NCBI GenBank assembly: GCA_047947115.1
Contig: CP170459.1
Span: 4,320,001 to 4,384,000 of the forward strand
Source of the DNA: Verrucomicrobiota bacterium
GTDB taxonomy: Bacteria > Verrucomicrobiota > Verrucomicrobiia > Limisphaerales > AAA164-E04
DNA: 64,000 bases
Direction: 5' to 3'
Shown here one piece after another: positions 60,749 to 64,000 of the stretch; the stretch's first letter is position 1, and every line of letters starts with the position of its first letter. Both the position numbers and the translations under genes were made by a program. Under the pieces are notes generated by a model. That model was not told the origin of the DNA. It saw nothing but the letters and a program-made list of their open reading frames with translations, and ran no database searches.

Positions 60749-61954
60749 TTATTCCTGTGGTTTCACTTTTTTAAGGTGCGGCGCTCGGATGGCGATCAGT
60801 ATGAAGGCTGCGATGGCCAGGATCATTCCGAAGCCGAAGATGGGTTGCAGAGAATTGTTCGCGGATGCCGACAGACGTCCGGCGATCCAGTTGGTCATCA
60901 TCGGGCCCACACCGGAACCAAACACCACCAAGAGGGTTTGGGCGGTGGCGCGAACGGATTGTCCGGCGATCATGTTGGCAAGGATGCTGAGGGTGATGTG
61001 AAAAAAAACGATGACCATTCCTGCCAACAAATAACTCAAAGCAAGCACCCAGGGATTGGTTGAGAGGTAGTAGAGAAGATGCCGCAGGATCAGACTACCG
61101 CAACCGATCAGGAGAGCGGATACAAATCCCCAGCGCCGGATATAGGTGCGTAAGAAGGGAAACAAGGCCACTTCCAGCGCCACTCCAATGCATTGAATCG
61201 GCCCGATCCAGGCGACCGGCACGCCATTGGCCTTGAGATAGGGTGGACCGTAATAAACCACAAATGAAAAGGAGCCTGACAACAGAAAAAACGCTCCCAA
61301 CAGGGTCATGTAATCCTTGTTCTTAAAAAGCTTTCGGACATCTTCCCAATAGTCTGAATGCGGAGTTGTCCCGGTAGATTTCGCAGGTTGTGTAATGGGC
61401 GGCAGGAAGAGCGTACTGACGGCGGTCAGCAGTGCGGAAGCCATGCCAAGATACAATACAAAATGCAGCGAAGTTCCGGCATGGGTGAGCAACCAGCCGA
61501 AGATCACTCCGGAAGGAATCATCCATCCCAGCGATCCCCAGGCACGCAAGAATCCAAACTGCTCCTGTGGATTGTTCAGATAATGAAAACTCAGTGCATT
61601 GATCAGGGTAAACGTCGGATGATAGAAAGAATAGAACATCAGAAACCCCAACAGGAGTCCGATAAACTGGTTTTGCGATTGCAACCAAAACAAGGCCGCA
61701 CACGCCATGATGTTCAGAAAGGTGAACACTTTTTGGATCGGAACATACCGGTCGGCAATCATCCCCCAGAGAAACGGAAACACCAGGTAAGTGGAGGAGG
61801 AGATGGAAAAAATGGTTCCGATGGAGGCAAAGGAGAGACCACTTTCCTCCAGCCACATCGCCATGAATGGCAGCACGGAGCCTCCCACCGCAAACTGTAG
61901 CGTCATTACCACGAACAATGATCGGGGAACGTCTTTCCAATGGTGATCACTCAT
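60749..61954 (-). CDS. MFS transporter (nucleoside:H+ symporter-like)
   Basis: About 12 TM helices, WGMIADRY, FGFLRAWGSLGW. Confidence 0.85.
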   Translation of the reverse strand: MSDHHWKDVPRSLFVVMTLQFAVGGSVLPFMAMWLEESGLSFASIGTIFSISSSTYLVFPFLWGMIADRYVPIQKVFTFLNIMACAALFWLQSQNQFIGLLLGFLMFYSFYHPTFTLINALSFHYLNNPQEQFGFLRAWGSLGWMIPSGVIFGWLLTHAGTSLHFVLYLGMASALLTAVSTLFLPPITQPAKSTGTTPHSDYWEDVRKLFKNKDYMTLLGAFFLLSGSFSFVVYYGPPYLKANGVPVAWIGPIQCIGVALEVALFPFLRTYIRRWGFVSALLIGCGSLILRHLLYYLSTNPWVLALSYLLAGMVIVFFHITLSILANMIAGQSVRATAQTLLVVFGSGVGPMMTNWIAGRLSASANNSLQPIFGFGMILAIAAFILIAIRAPHLKKVKPQE

Positions 61955-61960
61955 GGTCAG

Positions 61961-64000
61961 TCATATTGTCTGAATAGGCGCTTCAGGGATGGCATCCAGA
62001 AACCGTTGTCCATAACGTTTCAACAAGACGCGATTGTCCAGCACCGCCACGATGCCATGGTCGTTCTGGGTTCGGATCAATCGCCCGATGCCCTGCCTGA
62101 ATTTCAGGATGGCTTCAGGCAATGAATACTCAAAAAATGCGTCCCCTCCACGTGCAGCAATGCGTTCGACACGCGCTTCGGTCAATGGATGATCGGGGAC
62201 CGCAAACGGCAAGCGGGTAATGATCACGTTCTGAAGCGAATCGCCCGGTACATCCACTCCTTGCCAGAAACTGTCGGCACCAAACAACACCGATGACTCG
62301 TCCTCCTTGAAATGTTCGAGCATGGTGGAACGAGGTAGCCCGGTTCCCTGGACATACAAGGTGATGCCTTTGGATTCAAAGTATGGCAGCATTTCCTCAC
62401 CGATGTCCCGCATGAGCTTCAGGTTGGTGAAAAGCACGAAAGCTCTCCCGCCGGTCATTTCAGTGAAGTGTTTGATCCAGTGACAAAGGCTGTCGCGATA
62501 AGCGTCGTCGCGGGGATCGGCCATTTTGGATACGACGTAGACCTTCATCTGGCGTTTGAAGTCAAAAGGCGACCCCAACTGCAACGTGCGTGCATCGTAT
62601 CCTCCGATTCTGGACACAAAATAGTCCATCCCCTGCCTTAACTTTCCCTTTCCGCCGCCATGGCCTGCCGGAGCTTGACCCGCCTTTGTTTCCGGCGCAT
62701 GGCCAGCCATGGACAAAGTGGCGCTGGCCATGATGATGGAGGTGCCGCTGTCAAACAGTCGATGTCGCAGGAATTCGGACACATCCACCGGGGCGGCATT
62801 CAAGGTGAGGTTTTGTCCGGTTCGGCCACCTCGTTCCACCCAGTAAACATACGGGTCGTATTCCTGGGTCAGGAACATGGCGATGGTTTCCTTCAATTCC
62901 GCGAGGCGCCGGTTGCAATCCTGCAATTCCTGTCCGATTTCCCGGTCGTCTGAGGTCTTGATCAATTCACTGATGGACGTTCGCAAACGCTGCAAGGGAA
63001 GCGTCAGGCAATCCTCCACCAGATCCGGACGACGAATGCGCAGTTCACGCCAGAATCCCGCAGACTTCCATCCACCTGCCCGGCCGGCGGATTCCTTCTT
63101 ATTGGATTCAAGGATTTCGTTGCAGGCTTCTTCCACTTCGCTGAAAAACGATTTGGCATGGGTATGGACATCGCTGACCTGCTGCACCACTTTTCCTTTT
63201 TGCAGCACGGACAGCAGACCTTTTTCGGTGGAAGGGTTCCACAGGCGATTGAGTGCGAAATGAATCTGAGCGCTGGAAATTCCAAGACCGATATGTCGCG
63301 AAGCCACCTGCTCAACCGTGTGGGCTTCGTCAAAAATGACAAAATCATTTCGGAACAAAACCCCGCCGTCACTGGGTTCTTCGACGGAATTCAACAGAGT
63401 GAAAAACAAGGTATGATTCAACACCACCACATCGGCCGTCATGATGCGTTGACGGGCTTTTTGGAAGAAGCAGACGTCATTGGTTTCGGCAAAATCGGAC
63501 TTGGGACCGCACATTTTAGGGGAACACAAGCCCCTTTCCGAACATACCTGCGACCAGACCTTCGGGTTGGGTTCTTCGTCAAAATCGGATAGACTGCCGT
63601 CGCCGGTTTCCCTGGCCCATTCCTGGATGCGCTGCAGTTCAGCGGTTTCGGGTGAGGTGAATAATCCGTCCGCCATCTGAAGCGCTTTGTGAAGTCGTTT
63701 GGTGCAAAGATAATTGTGCCTCCCTTTCAGCATGGTGTAGGAGAACTTGACCGGCAGCACCTTACTGAGCATGGGGAGATCTTTTTCGACCAACTGCTCC
63801 TGGAGATTAATGGTGTGGGTGCAGATGACCGCCCGTTTTCCTTCCGAAACAGCGAAGAGGATGGCGGGAATCAAATAACCAAGACTTTTGCCAACCCCGG
63901 TCCCAGCCTCGACAATCAAATGTTCCCGGTCACTGAGCGCCTGGGCGACCGCTTTGGCCATGGCTTGTTGCTCGGGTCGGTATTCAAAGTTTCGCGCTCC
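61961..64000 (-). CDS. DinG/YoaA-family ATP-dependent DNA helicase, 5' end beyond window
   Basis: Q motif EYRPEQQ upstream of ORF-track start, EAGTGVGKS, Cys residues consistent with Fe-S, DEAH, SATL, FWQGVD, QGIGRLIR. Confidence 0.93.
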   Translation of the reverse strand, partial: GARNFEYRPEQQAMAKAVAQALSDREHLIVEAGTGVGKSLGYLIPAILFAVSEGKRAVICTHTINLQEQLVEKDLPMLSKVLPVKFSYTMLKGRHNYLCTKRLHKALQMADGLFTSPETAELQRIQEWARETGDGSLSDFDEEPNPKVWSQVCSERGLCSPKMCGPKSDFAETNDVCFFQKARQRIMTADVVVLNHTLFFTLLNSVEEPSDGGVLFRNDFVIFDEAHTVEQVASRHIGLGISSAQIHFALNRLWNPSTEKGLLSVLQKGKVVQQVSDVHTHAKSFFSEVEEACNEILESNKKESAGRAGGWKSAGFWRELRIRRPDLVEDCLTLPLQRLRTSISELIKTSDDREIGQELQDCNRRLAELKETIAMFLTQEYDPYVYWVERGGRTGQNLTLNAAPVDVSEFLRHRLFDSGTSIIMASATLSMAGHAPETKAGQAPAGHGGGKGKLRQGMDYFVSRIGGYDARTLQLGSPFDFKRQMKVYVVSKMADPRDDAYRDSLCHWIKHFTEMTGGRAFVLFTNLKLMRDIGEEMLPYFESKGITLYVQGTGLPRSTMLEHFKEDESSVLFGADSFWQGVDVPGDSLQNVIITRLPFAVPDHPLTEARVERIAARGGDAFFEYSLPEAILKFRQGIGRLIRTQNDHGIVAVLDNRVLLKRYGQRFLDAIPEAPIQTI

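Overview
Gene-dense bacterial chromosome segment, probably PVC superphylum and likely Verrucomicrobiota. This is an inference from two DUF1549/DUF1553 + DUF1501 pairs, a sulfatase and terminal 'FFR/FYR' domains. Most of the window is housekeeping or carbohydrate/redox genes: MIOX, Hsp70, SSF transporter + GH20, mrp-gammaCA-larB-larC-permease operon, two-component genes, tRNA-Leu(GAG), pfk, ECF sigma/anti-sigma/PDZ, ilvD, gcvP, acs and a DinG helicase. The main accessory feature is a minus-strand integron-type cassette array at ~1.09-5.6 kb with no integrase in the window (a CALIN). It has four full and two partial attC-like sites, three toxin-antitoxin cassettes sharing one ~127-bp attC family, a hicA gene stopped by a single TAG (absent from the ORF track), a decayed WD40-like cassette and an S41 peptidase cassette. 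Other notable items: a 155-bp MITE with a 7-bp target duplication nested in one of two ~150-bp REPIN-like elements (41.7-42.6 kb); ilvD bracketed by inverted REP-bearing repeats; a DUF4405-like/DUF2271-like fusion with a flavinylation motif next to a Tat-exported FAD oxidoreductase; a TIR-AAA_35 protein; and a flippase-like/TIGR04283 glycosyltransferase fusion. All family assignments come from motif recognition by eye; no searches were run.
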